Assembly (NCBI GenBank): GCA_041946735.1
Contig: JBHGAY010000011.1
Location: 1 to 64,000, forward strand
Source of the DNA: Candidatus Eiseniibacteriota bacterium
Lineage (GTDB): Bacteria; Eisenbacteria; RBG-16-71-46; CAIMUX01; VGJL01
Direction of reading: 5' to 3'
DNA length: 64,000 nt
Shown one piece after another: positions 47,666 through 57,171 of the stretch. Position numbers and translations under genes: made by a program. The notes beneath the pieces are model-generated. The model was not told the origin of the DNA. It made no database searches and saw only the letters and a list, made by a program, of their open reading frames with translations. The number at the start of each line of letters is the position of its first letter. The stretch's first letter is position 1.

Positions 47666-48787
47666 CTACTCTGCGGACCGCCGCACGGTGATGTCGCCGC
47701 CCAGCGTGTCGACCCGCAGCTCGGCCGTCCCATCGCCGAGCACGCTGACCGTCCTGCGGCGGGCGCGGCCCAGGATCTCGCGCTCGCTGCCCGGCGGGAA
47801 GATCATGTGCCCGCCGAGGGTCGAGGCCCGAATGGTGACCGAGGCTTCCGGGGAGCAATCGACGAAGACGTCGCCGCCGGTCGAGCTGATCGAGGCGTTG
47901 CCTTCGCGGAGCGCGAGTCCCGAGACGCGCACGCGGCCGCCGAGCGTCCGGAACCGGAACGGGGCGCGCGGGCCGTGAGCGCGGAGCTCGCCGCCCATCG
48001 TCTCGAGGACCATCGGACCAGGATAATCGACCGCCTCGAGGTCGCCCCCCATGCTCCGCACTTCGAGCGCGGCGAGCGATTGCGGCACCTCGACCTCGAG
48101 CGTCCCGCGTCCCCAGGTGAGGACGTACTCGAGTCCGCTCTTGTGGACCTCGACCGCCTCGCCCCGCAAGACCTTCACGCGCGGCTCGCTCGACGCGCGC
48201 AGGATGATGTTGCCGCCTTTCGACGTCCCGCCGAGGCTCACGCGGAGCGCCTGCTGGATCTTCAGGCGCGCGTCAGGCGGCAGCGTGAACGAGCCGTCGA
48301 GGATCTCGACGCCGACCGTCCCCGGACGATGCTCCTCGAAGACGCGCTGCGCGGCGCCGAGCCCTTCGTCGACCGCGCGCTTCACCGTGTCGCGGACCTC
48401 CTCGAGAACCTGGCCGAGGCCGTCCACCCAGGCTGCGCCGCGGCCGGCCGAGCCGTTCTCCGGTCCGCCCGGGGCCGGGCCTGCGCCCGCGCGGTCGCCC
48501 GCTCCGGCACCGGTGCCGGCCCCTGCACCGGCGCCCGCGCCGGCGCCGGTGCCTGCGCCTGCCTCCGTGCCCGCCCCCGCTCCGGCAGCGAATCCGGCGG
48601 CCGCTCCGGCAGCGGCCGCCCCGGCCGCTGTCCATCCCGTCGCCTCTGTGCCCGCCGCCGGTCCCGCCGGTCCCGGGCCGGCCTCCGCTCCGAGGTCCTC
48701 GAGGCTGCGGAGAAGCCGCTCCCCTTCCTCCGGGGTGATCTTGCCTGCTGCCACCAGCCTCAGGATGTCGAGCCGCGTCTGGGACAT
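47666..48787 (-). CDS. DUF4097/adhesin-like beta-repeat protein with N-terminal SHOCT-like domain
   Basis: RLDILRLVAAGKITPEEGERLL, an Ala/Gly linker, and repeated (S/T)xGGD units. Confidence 0.8.
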   Translation of the reverse strand: MSQTRLDILRLVAAGKITPEEGERLLRSLEDLGAEAGPGPAGPAAGTEATGWTAAGAAAAGAAAGFAAGAGAGTEAGAGTGAGAGAGAGAGTGAGAGDRAGAGPAPGGPENGSAGRGAAWVDGLGQVLEEVRDTVKRAVDEGLGAAQRVFEEHRPGTVGVEILDGSFTLPPDARLKIQQALRVSLGGTSKGGNIILRASSEPRVKVLRGEAVEVHKSGLEYVLTWGRGTLEVEVPQSLAALEVRSMGGDLEAVDYPGPMVLETMGGELRAHGPRAPFRFRTLGGRVRVSGLALREGNASISSTGGDVFVDCSPEASVTIRASTLGGHMIFPPGSEREILGRARRRTVSVLGDGTAELRVDTLGGDITVRRSAE

Positions 48788-48877
48788 CGCTCACCTCCTC
48801 GGGGGCCCACCGGCGCCGCGCCCCGATGGCCGATTCTAACCCGTTCCCCTATCATGGCGGAGCCTGATCGCTGCCGA

Positions 48878-48927
48878 GATGCGCAAGATGCGCAAGGATG
48901 CGCAAGGATGCGCAAGGATGCGCGAAG
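48878..48927 (+). repeat. Tandem repeat GATGCGCAA(G) x5 in a divergent intergenic region
   Basis: Units start at 48878, 48887, 48897, 48907 and 48917 (the last is degenerate). Confidence 0.9.
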
Positions 48928-48965
48928 CGTGCGCCGACCGATGCGGTCGATCCGAGGAGGTCCGA

Positions 48966-51251
48966 TTGAGAAGGCTCGTCTCGTGGAGGCTCGCCCACCG
49001 GCTCCCGCTCCCGCTCCCAATCCCGATCCGGATTCTGATCACGCTCATCGCCTTCGCTTTCGCCGGCGCTGCAGCCGCCTCACCGCCCGCCGTTGATAAT
49101 CCTTCCGGCGGCGCAATCGCGCGCCATGATCTATCCGCCTCGGTCGATCCGGCGTCGGGGCGGCTCACCGTCACCGACACCTTGCTCGTCCTGCATGGCG
49201 CCGGCGTGCCGCGCGCGACGGCGTTCCCCGTCCTGCTCAATCGATCCCTCGCGGTCGAGCGGGTCACCGGTCTCGGCGCCGGCTCCTCTGCCCTCGTCCG
49301 CTTCCGGGAGGACCGCTTGCGCCCTCGCGATTACTGGTTCCGTCCGCCGTATGGCGAGATGGGCGGGTACGACCGGGCGCGAACCGTCTGGATCGAGCCG
49401 CAGGAGACGGCCGGCGACTGGCCCGAGTCGCTTCGTATCGTCCTCTCCTACGCCGGCGTGCTGTACGACTCGCTGCGCGCGCCGAAGGCGGCCTACTCGC
49501 GCGGATTCGAAACGACGTCCGGGCTCGTCGATCCCCGCGGCGTCTTCCTCTCCGGAGGGAGCTTCTGGGTGCCGTCTCGTCCCGACGAGCGCTTCCTCTT
49601 CCGCTGCGCGCTCGATACTCCCGCCGGATGGCAGGCGGTCTCGCAGGGCGCTCTCGCGTGGGGCGGCGAGAACGCCGGACGCTACACGAATGTCTGGACG
49701 TCCCAGCAGCCGATGGAAGAGATCTATTACATTGCCGGACCGTACCGCCTTCGCGCGCAGCCGCATGGCGACGTGCAGGTGATGACGTTCACCTATGCCG
49801 CCACCGACTCGGCGACATGCCAGCGCTACATCGACGGCACCGGACGCTATCTCGATCTCTACGGGGACAGAATCGGTCCGTACCCGTTCCCGAAGTTCGC
49901 GCTGGTCGAGAACTTCTGGCAGACCGGCTTCGGCATGCCGTCCTTCACGCTGCTCGGCGATCAGGTGATCCGCCTGCCGTTCATCCTCGACACCTCCTAC
50001 GGCCACGAGATCCTCCACAATTGGTGGGGGAACGGCGTGTTCGTGGACTATGCTTCCGGGAACTGGTGCGAGGGGCTCACCACGTACGGCGCCGATTACT
50101 TGTACAAGGAGCGCGCAAGCGCGGAGGAGGCGCGCGAGTACCGGCGAAGCACCCTGCAGGGGTACTCCGACTACGTCAGCGCCTCGGAGGACTTCCCGCT
50201 ACGCGCGTTCCGCGAGCGCGAAGACTTTGCCACGCAGGCGGTCGGCTACGGCAAGTCGATGATGGTATTCCACCAGCTCCGCCGTCTGCTAGGAGACGAG
50301 GCGTTCTGGGCCGCCCTGCAGGATTTCTATCGCTCGCATCTGTTCCGCCGCGCTTCATGGGACGACCTGTTCGATTCGTTTTCGAAGCGCGCCGGAGCCG
50401 ACCTCGGCGCGTGGAAGGCGCAGTGGCTCGACCGGCCGGGGGCGCCGCGGCTGAAGATCGCGAGCCACGAGCTGCGCGAGTCGAAGAAGGGAGGCTGGGA
50501 CGTCGCGATCACGATCGAGCAGGACGGCGGCAGGGCCGCGCCGGCCGACGGCAGTCCCTTCGCCTACGACCTTCTCGTTCCGGTCGCGGTGGGGCGAGGG
50601 GAATCCGAGGAGAGCGCGCGTCAGATCGTCCGCATGCAGGGGATGCAGGCGGCCTGCACGATCCACGTGACGGAGCGCCCCGACTGGATCGCCGTCGACC
50701 CGGACTTCGATCTGCTGCGGCACATCGATCCGGCGGAGATCCCGCCGGCGCTCAGTCGCACGCTCGGCGCCGATACGGCGATCGTCGTGATTGCCTCAGG
50801 CCTCGACCCGGCGGCCGCGTCCGCCTATCGGGCGCTTGCGGAGGACTGGGCGAAGGGGGAGCGGCTCGCGATCCTCGAGGAGGGCTCGCTTCCCCCGGGC
50901 GCCCGCCCCGCAGTGCCGACCTGGTTCTTCGGGCTCGGGAGCCGGGCGCGCGAGGCGCTCGTCGCCGATCTCGGCGATCAGGCGAAGCCGAGTGAAGGAG
51001 GAGCGGGCTGGACGATCGCTGGAGAGGCCCAGCCGGGCGGGCGCTCGGTCGTCCTGGCGGGCGGCCCGCCGGATCGTCCCGGCGAGGCTTGGACGATCCT
51101 GGACGTCGCCGACCCGGCGCAGATCGCGTCGATCGGCCGCAAGGTGCCGCACTACGGCAAGTACGGATGGCTCGTCTTCGACGGCAGCACGAACGTGGGC
51201 AAGGGATCGTGGAGGGTGCGGTCGACGCCGCTGCGGCTCCAGCTGTCCTGA
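48966..51251 (+). CDS. M1 family aminopeptidase (secreted)
   Basis: HEILH...WCEGLTTY (HEXXH-18X-E), GFGMPSF exopeptidase motif, GYGKS and signal peptide. TTG start after GAGGAGG. Confidence 0.88.
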   Translation: MRRLVSWRLAHRLPLPLPIPIRILITLIAFAFAGAAAASPPAVDNPSGGAIARHDLSASVDPASGRLTVTDTLLVLHGAGVPRATAFPVLLNRSLAVERVTGLGAGSSALVRFREDRLRPRDYWFRPPYGEMGGYDRARTVWIEPQETAGDWPESLRIVLSYAGVLYDSLRAPKAAYSRGFETTSGLVDPRGVFLSGGSFWVPSRPDERFLFRCALDTPAGWQAVSQGALAWGGENAGRYTNVWTSQQPMEEIYYIAGPYRLRAQPHGDVQVMTFTYAATDSATCQRYIDGTGRYLDLYGDRIGPYPFPKFALVENFWQTGFGMPSFTLLGDQVIRLPFILDTSYGHEILHNWWGNGVFVDYASGNWCEGLTTYGADYLYKERASAEEAREYRRSTLQGYSDYVSASEDFPLRAFREREDFATQAVGYGKSMMVFHQLRRLLGDEAFWAALQDFYRSHLFRRASWDDLFDSFSKRAGADLGAWKAQWLDRPGAPRLKIASHELRESKKGGWDVAITIEQDGGRAAPADGSPFAYDLLVPVAVGRGESEESARQIVRMQGMQAACTIHVTERPDWIAVDPDFDLLRHIDPAEIPPALSRTLGADTAIVVIASGLDPAAASAYRALAEDWAKGERLAILEEGSLPPGARPAVPTWFFGLGSRAREALVADLGDQAKPSEGGAGWTIAGEAQPGGRSVVLAGGPPDRPGEAWTILDVADPAQIASIGRKVPHYGKYGWLVFDGSTNVGKGSWRVRSTPLRLQLS

Positions 51252-51319
51252 TGCGGGCTCTTCGGCGCCCGGCGGCCTTGTGCAAGCAACGATCGACCGG
51301 ATGGACTTGGAGGAACGGA

Positions 51320-52642
51320 ATGTTCAAGAACGCGAAGCTTCGTCTCGCAGCGCTTCGTCTCGCAGCGCTCCGGTTCGCTGTAATCGGGCCGGCCGCTCTG
51401 ATCGCTCTGGCCGCCCTCGCCCCGCCCTCCTCGGGGCAGATCGATCCCGAGCGGCTGCGCGACCTGGTCGAGCGTCTTGCCGATCCGTCCCTCGAAGGCC
51501 GCGGCATCGGGACCGTTGGGATCGACCGGGCCTCGGAGATCGTGGCGAGCTGCATGCAGCAGGCAGGGCTCGTTCCCGGCGGCCCGGACGGAGGCTGGTA
51601 CCAGACCTTCGCGCCGGGCCCCTCCGGAATCGAAGGGGCGGTGCGACTTCCGCCGGGGACGGCCTGGGGCGGGCTCCAGCTTCGCAACGTGCTCGGCATC
51701 TTGCGAGGATCCGGCGAGGACTGGGTCCTCCTCGGCGCCCACTACGACCATCTCGGCGAGGACGGCTCCGGCGACGTCTATCCGGGAGCGGACGACAACG
51801 CGTCGGGCGTCGCGGTCCTCTGCGAGGTGGCGCGGGAGCTGGCGCAGGAAGCGCCGCGACCGCGGAGCGTCCTGTTCGTTGCGTTCACCGGAGAGGAGGA
51901 GAACCTCCTCGGCTCGCGCTGGTATGTCAGGAACCCGGCCGAGCCCCTCGAGAAGACGATCGCCATGGTCAATCTCGACACGATCGGCCGCGTGCAGGAC
52001 AAGAAGCTATACGTTTTCGGAACCGCGAGCGCCGTCGAGCTTCCCTCGATCCTGCGCGACGTCGATCTCGGCTTCTCCTTCGACCTCGCCATGCCGGAGC
52101 GCGCGCCGATGGCATCGGATCACGTCGCCTTCCTCGAGGCGGGCGTGCCCGCGATCCACATTTTCTCGGGGCCGAACGCCGACTATCACCGGCTCTCCGA
52201 CGTGCCGGAGCGCCTCGACTACGACGCGCTCGCGGAGGTGGGGGAGTTCGTGGCCGAGACGGTCCGCTTCCTCGCGGAGCGCGCGGAGCCGCTGACCTAC
52301 GTGCCGCCTCCGCCGCCAGACACGACGAAGGCGGGTGGTCCTGGAGAGCGCCCGCGTCCCGAGCCGCAGGCGCCGCGCCGCGTCAGTCTCGGCACCATTC
52401 CGGACTTCGCGTGGCAGGGGCAGGGGGTGAAGATCAGCGGCGTCCTTCCCGGAAGTCCGGCGGAGAAGGCGGGAATGAAGGCGGGGGACACGATCGTCCG
52501 GATCGGCGAGGAAACGGTCGCGACCCTCGAGGACTTCACCGCGGTGCTGCGCGAACACGAGCCGGGCGATACGATCCGCGTCGTCTTCGACCGGGATGGC
52601 AAGGAGCAGTCGATCAGCGCCGTCCTCGTCGAGCGGAAATAG
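51320..52642 (+). CDS. M28 family peptidase with C-terminal PDZ domain
   Basis: GAHYDHLG, GADDNASG, FTGEE, NLDTIGR, SDH, YHRLSD, then LGTIPDF...GSPAEKAG. Confidence 0.92.
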   Translation: MFKNAKLRLAALRLAALRFAVIGPAALIALAALAPPSSGQIDPERLRDLVERLADPSLEGRGIGTVGIDRASEIVASCMQQAGLVPGGPDGGWYQTFAPGPSGIEGAVRLPPGTAWGGLQLRNVLGILRGSGEDWVLLGAHYDHLGEDGSGDVYPGADDNASGVAVLCEVARELAQEAPRPRSVLFVAFTGEEENLLGSRWYVRNPAEPLEKTIAMVNLDTIGRVQDKKLYVFGTASAVELPSILRDVDLGFSFDLAMPERAPMASDHVAFLEAGVPAIHIFSGPNADYHRLSDVPERLDYDALAEVGEFVAETVRFLAERAEPLTYVPPPPPDTTKAGGPGERPRPEPQAPRRVSLGTIPDFAWQGQGVKISGVLPGSPAEKAGMKAGDTIVRIGEETVATLEDFTAVLREHEPGDTIRVVFDRDGKEQSISAVLVERK

Positions 52643-52657
52643 CGGGCGGGAATGAGC

Positions 52658-52693
52658 AAGAAACGGCCGCCGCAGCCTTCGCCGCGGCGGCCG
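52658..52693 (-). terminator. Rho-independent terminator for pckG (possibly bidirectional)
   Basis: Stem CGGCCGCCGC (52664-52673) / GCGGCGGCCG (52684-52693). AAGAAA on the left reads TTTCTT on the minus strand. Lies between convergent genes. Confidence 0.65.
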
Positions 52694-52719
52694 CACCGTA
52701 CCCGGTCTCGAACGATCTC

Positions 52720-54468
52720 TCAGCCCAGGCGCTTCTCGAGGGCGTCCGCCTGGCGTGCCATCTCGGCGGGGAGCTTCTCGCCGAAGCGGGCGAAGAACTC
52801 GCGCATGCCGGTCAGCTCCTGCTTCCACTCCGTCTTGTCGACGGCGAGCAGCTGCCGCATGGCTGCCGGCGCGATGTCGAGGCCGGAGAGGTCGAGCGCT
52901 CCCTCCCCCGGAACCAGACCGATCGGAGTCTCGACGGCGCTTCCCTTGTCGTTGACCCGCTCCAGGATCCAGCGGAGCACGCGCAGGTTCTCGCCGTAGC
53001 CCGGCCAGAGGAACTTCCCGTCGGCGTCGAGCCGGAACCAGTTCACGTGAAAGATCTTCGGCATCCGGTCGGAGCAGGTGCCCATCTCGAACCAGTGGGC
53101 CCAGTAGTCGCCCATGTTGTAGCCGCAGAACGGCAGCATCGCCATCGGGTCGCGGCGCACGACGCCGACCTGGCCGGTCGCGGCCGCGGTCGTTTCGCTC
53201 GCCGCCGAAGCGCCGACGAAAACTCCGTGGCTCCAGTCGAACGATTGGTAGACGAGCGGCGCGAGGTGCGCGCGGCGCCCGCCGAAGATGATCGCCGAGA
53301 TCGGAACGCCCTGCGGATCTTCCCAGTGGGGGGAGATCGACGGGCATTGGCCCGCCGGGGCGGTGAAGCGGGAGTTGGGATGGGCGGCCTTCTCCGTGCT
53401 GCCCGGCATCCAGCGGTTCCCCTTCCAGTCGATCAGGCCGGTCTCGGGCGGCGGATATCCGATCCCTTCCCACCACGGCAGCATGTCGTCGGTGAGGGCG
53501 ACGTTCGTGAAGAGCGAGTTTCTCTCCATGCTGCGCATCGCATTGGGATTCGTCTTCATGCTCGTGCCGGGAGCCACGCCGAAGAATCCGTGCTCCGGGT
53601 TGATCGCGTAGAGCCGGCCGTCGGGACCGAACTTCATCCAGGCGATATCGTCGCCGACCGTCCAGATCTTCCAGCCGGGCATCGAGTCGGGAGGGACGAG
53701 CATGGCGAGGTTCGTCTTGCCGCAAGCGCTCGGGAAGGCGGCCGCCATGTAGGTCACCTCGCCCTCCGGGCTCTCGAGCCCGAGGATCAGCATGTGCTCG
53801 GCGAGCCATCCCTGATCGCGCGCCATGACCGAGGCGATCCGCAGCGCGTAGCACTTCTTGCCGAGGAGCGCGTTGCCGCCGTAGCCCGATCCGATCGACC
53901 AGATTTCACGATCGTCGGGAAAGTGAAGGATGAAACGGCGGTCGGGCGAGAGATCCCCGAGGGAGTGGAAGCCCTTGCAGTAGTCGGTGGAGTCGCCGAG
54001 CTGTTCGAGAGCGGCGGTCCCCATGCGGGTCATGATCCGCATGTTCTCGACAACGTACAGGCTGTCGGTGATCTCGACGCCGACCTTGCTGATCGGCGAG
54101 CCGAGCGGGCCCATGACATAGGGGATCACGTACATCGTCCGTCCCTTCATGCAACCTTCGTAGAGGGGACGGACTCGATCCCGCGCCTCGCGCGGGCCCA
54201 TCCAATTGTTGGTCGGACCGGCGTCTTCCTTCTTCTCGCTGCAGATGAAGGTCACCTGCTCGGTGCGCGCCACGTCGGTCGGGCTGGAGCGATGGAAGAA
54301 GCAGTTGGGATACTTCTCCTCGTTCATCGGGACGAACACGCCCTGCTCGAGCGCTGGTCCCATGATCACCTTCTCGTTCTCTTCCTCCGATCCGGTGAGC
54401 CAGACGATCCGATCCGGTCTTGTCAGCTTCGCGCAGTCCTCGACCCACTTCTGCAGATCCTGATTCAT
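52720..54468 (-). CDS. pckG: Phosphoenolpyruvate carboxykinase (GTP)
   Basis: [50 protein letters not shown] and [11 protein letters not shown]. Confidence 0.97.
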   Translation of the reverse strand: MNQDLQKWVEDCAKLTRPDRIVWLTGSEEENEKVIMGPALEQGVFVPMNEEKYPNCFFHRSSPTDVARTEQVTFICSEKKEDAGPTNNWMGPREARDRVRPLYEGCMKGRTMYVIPYVMGPLGSPISKVGVEITDSLYVVENMRIMTRMGTAALEQLGDSTDYCKGFHSLGDLSPDRRFILHFPDDREIWSIGSGYGGNALLGKKCYALRIASVMARDQGWLAEHMLILGLESPEGEVTYMAAAFPSACGKTNLAMLVPPDSMPGWKIWTVGDDIAWMKFGPDGRLYAINPEHGFFGVAPGTSMKTNPNAMRSMERNSLFTNVALTDDMLPWWEGIGYPPPETGLIDWKGNRWMPGSTEKAAHPNSRFTAPAGQCPSISPHWEDPQGVPISAIIFGGRRAHLAPLVYQSFDWSHGVFVGASAASETTAAATGQVGVVRRDPMAMLPFCGYNMGDYWAHWFEMGTCSDRMPKIFHVNWFRLDADGKFLWPGYGENLRVLRWILERVNDKGSAVETPIGLVPGEGALDLSGLDIAPAAMRQLLAVDKTEWKQELTGMREFFARFGEKLPAEMARQADALEKRLG

Positions 54469-54588
54469 GGCAACCAAGCTCCTCCTCGAGTTCAACGCCG
54501 CCCATCCGACAGACCATTCTAGCGATCCCGGCGAGGGATTCGCGACCCCAAAGGCGGAACGGACGATCGGCCCCTTCCCGCGCTCGGG

Positions 54589-54597
54589 TGTTAGAAT
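54589..54597 (+). promoter_or_regulatory. Putative extended -10 (TGtTAGAAT) for ddl, with a divergent TAGAAT for pckG at 54516-54521
   Basis: Near-consensus -10 hexamers on both strands of the divergent pckG/ddl intergenic region. Confidence 0.4.
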
Positions 54598-54678
54598 CGC
54601 GCGAGCGGTCACCCGGAACGCGCGGCCGGCCGGACGAAATGAGCCGTGAATCACGGGCTGCCGGGGAGGAAAGAGCGA

Positions 54679-55854
54679 GTGGACCGAGTGGAGAAGAAGC
54701 GCAAGTACCGGGTCGCCCTGGCCTTTGGAGGCCGTTCCCCGGAGCACGAGGTCTCGATCACGACCGCCGCGTCGATCGCCAAGGAGGCGGATCCGGAGCG
54801 GATCGAGATCGTGCCGATCTACATCAGCCGCGAGGGGCGATGGCTCGAGCTGGAGAGCGCGGAGCGCCTGGCCCGGCTCGCCGGGCACCTCGTGCGCGAG
54901 GGAGAGCTGGAGGGGCTCGTGCGCCGGGAAGTGCTGCTCCGCGGATCGTCCGAGGAGAATGCGCTCGTGCCGGTCGGGGGCGGCGCACAGCGAAGCTCCG
55001 GCTTGCCCGCGCAGCCGATCGACGTCCTCTTCCCGGCGCTGCACGGCCAGGGCGGCGAGGATGGAACGATCCAGGGGTTGGCCCGTCTCGCCGGGGTGCC
55101 CTGCGTCGGCGCCGGTGTGCTCGGCAGCGCGCTCGGAATGGACAAGGTTTCGATGAAGAGGATCGTGCGGGAAGCGGGAGTCCGAGTCCCTCAATTCGTT
55201 GCCTTTACTCGCTCCGAGTGGGCGGCGGATCGGCGGGCCATTTGCGAGAGGATCGTAAAAGTCCTTCCGTTTCCGGTCTTCGTGAAGCCTTCGGGAGCCG
55301 GCTCCTCGGTCGGGATCACGAAGGTCGCGGCGGCCGACGTGGCGGCGCTGGAGCGGGCGGTGGAGGATGCGATCCCGTACGACTACAGGATCCTCGTCGA
55401 GCAGGGAATCGCGGACGCGCGGGAGCTGGAGGTCGCTCTTCTCGGCAACGACGAAGCGCGCGTCTCCGTCGTCGGCGAGATCGTTCCGGGCGCCGAGTTC
55501 TACGATTACGAGGCGAAGTACATCGACGAAGGGAGCCAGGTGGTCATTCCTGCGCAGGTCCCGGCGGAGACGGCCGAGGAGGCGCGGAGGACCGCGGCGC
55601 AGGTATGGGGCCTTCTCGATCTGTCCGGCATGGCGCGCGCCGACTTTCTCCTCGAGGGAACGACCGGCCTGCTCTATTTCAACGAAGTGAACACGATCCC
55701 GGGATTCACGCCGATCAGCATGTATCCGATGCTGTGGAAGGCTTCGGGGGTGGAGTACCGCGATCTCATTACGATCCTCGTGCAGCTGGCGGTCGAGCGG
55801 CAGGAGTCGACACGGACGTGGACGTCCAGGCCCGCGCCCGGTCGGTCGACGTAG
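54679..55854 (+). CDS. ddl: D-alanine--D-alanine ligase
   Basis: [34 protein letters not shown] and [14 protein letters not shown]. Confidence 0.95.
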   Translation: MDRVEKKRKYRVALAFGGRSPEHEVSITTAASIAKEADPERIEIVPIYISREGRWLELESAERLARLAGHLVREGELEGLVRREVLLRGSSEENALVPVGGGAQRSSGLPAQPIDVLFPALHGQGGEDGTIQGLARLAGVPCVGAGVLGSALGMDKVSMKRIVREAGVRVPQFVAFTRSEWAADRRAICERIVKVLPFPVFVKPSGAGSSVGITKVAAADVAALERAVEDAIPYDYRILVEQGIADARELEVALLGNDEARVSVVGEIVPGAEFYDYEAKYIDEGSQVVIPAQVPAETAEEARRTAAQVWGLLDLSGMARADFLLEGTTGLLYFNEVNTIPGFTPISMYPMLWKASGVEYRDLITILVQLAVERQESTRTWTSRPAPGRST

Positions 55855-55901
55855 CCTGGGCCGGCCCTACTCCGATCCCGGCTCTACCCCGATCCCGGGC
55901 T

Positions 55902-56930
55902 CTACTGCCGATCCTCTTTCGGCGGCTCGACCCACTCGTTCCAGAACGGCGGGTTTGACGCGGCCGCTTCCGCCGTCACCTTCCCGTGGCCGAAGCGGTA
56001 GGTGAGATCGACCGAAGACGGCACCCCGATTCCCATCTCTCCGCCCACGACCACCGGCGCGGCCAGCGCGGCGCGGAGCGCGGCCGCGTCGACGTCGGGA
56101 TTGCCGCTGCCGTGCAGCCGGTTCACCTTGAGCTTCCGTCCCTGCTCGTTCACTCGGAGTTGCAGGATCACCACCGCCGAGTCGGCCCCGAGCGACGGCG
56201 GGACGGCCGGCAGCGGCACCGTGCGAACCGACGGGAGTGTGCGGGGGAGCCGCGGGAACAGTCCCGCCTCGACGCCACGGATGAATCGCACGCGAGCGGA
56301 GTCGCGCGCCGTCGGACTTCGCGCGACGAGGTAGAGGCTCGAAAGCGTCTCTTCGTAGTTGGTCAATGTGATTGCGCGGGTCCGCGTCCAATCCCCGATG
56401 CTGTCCGCGCAGGTCGCGACGATCACCGGCGGGTTGTAGCAGTTGCCATCCTCGCGCGTCCGCGCGTAGGGCGTCTGCAGTTCCTTGCCCGAGGTGAGAC
56501 GCAGGATCCTCTGCCGCGGAATGTAATAGTCGACGGCGCTCCAAGGGACCCAGATCATCCGGTTGCTGGACGCGTAGGCGAGCAGCCCCTCGTTGCGGAA
56601 GATGCCGCACTCCGGCACCAGATTCCAGCTCACCTCGGTCGGCTTCGTGCGGATGCTGATGTAGGCCGTCCCCATCCGGAGGTCCGCCGCGCCCAGCGTG
56701 ATCTCGCAGCGCGGGCAGGTCATGTCGGGCGAGCCTGCGGGACGGGCGATCTCGGTCTCCTGGCAAATGGGACAGAGCCACGTCTCAGTACCGGCAGAGG
56801 CGTCCGCGCCGGAGTCGGCGCCCTGTGCCTGCGCTGGAAGGGACGGGACTGCGGTCGCGAGAAGGGCGAGCAGGAAGAGCGCGATCGACAGAGGGGACCG
56901 GCAAGCGCCGCTGCGCGAAGGATTCCTCAA
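55902..56930 (-). CDS. Secreted protein with CxxC pairs and a C-terminal TonB-C-like domain
   Basis: Signal peptide (PAQA-Q), CPIC...CPRC, and C-terminal VILQLRVNEQG...GSGNPDVDAAAL...LTYRF. TTG start after GGAGG. Confidence 0.65.
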   Translation of the reverse strand: MRNPSRSGACRSPLSIALFLLALLATAVPSLPAQAQGADSGADASAGTETWLCPICQETEIARPAGSPDMTCPRCEITLGAADLRMGTAYISIRTKPTEVSWNLVPECGIFRNEGLLAYASSNRMIWVPWSAVDYYIPRQRILRLTSGKELQTPYARTREDGNCYNPPVIVATCADSIGDWTRTRAITLTNYEETLSSLYLVARSPTARDSARVRFIRGVEAGLFPRLPRTLPSVRTVPLPAVPPSLGADSAVVILQLRVNEQGRKLKVNRLHGSGNPDVDAAALRAALAAPVVVGGEMGIGVPSSVDLTYRFGHGKVTAEAAASNPPFWNEWVEPPKEDRQ

Positions 56931-57171
56931 GAGACGACCTCCCGAGCCACGTCGCCGGCGCCGCGTAACGAGCGGCGGACGGCGGGGGCGACGCGACCGA
57001 GCATACCAGCCGGCCGATTCGGCCTCCAGCGGCGCGTCGAGGCGAAGGCAGAGGGAAGCGTGGAAACGGAGGGGGTGCTGTGGTGGCGGAAGGCAACGCA
57101 GGGTCCGAGGGATGGTTTGCGGCCAGGAAGGGGAATGTACGAGGGGCGGGCGCTGTGCGATGCTTCGTCCC

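Noticed and set aside
48440..48700. Gly/Ala repeat as a collagen-like or mobile repeat
   Set aside because: It is an in-frame low-complexity linker (GAGAGA) without Gly-X-Y periodicity.
48878..48927. Repeat array as a CRISPR, or as the N-terminus of the M1 peptidase
   Set aside because: The units are 9-11 bp with no spacers and there are no cas genes. A better start (TTG 48966 with GAGGAGG) lies downstream.
50791..54522. Very long alternative ORFs (1243 aa here; also 14327-16648, 19265-21145, 45088-46896, 55986-57995)
   Set aside because: These are shadow ORFs overlapping well-supported genes. They are Arg/Pro/Gly-rich with no motifs, as expected in high-GC DNA.
54679..55854. Van-type D-Ala-D-Lac ligase
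   Set aside because: The omega loop reads YDYEAKY, typical of D-Ala-D-Ala ligases, and there are no vanH/vanX neighbours.
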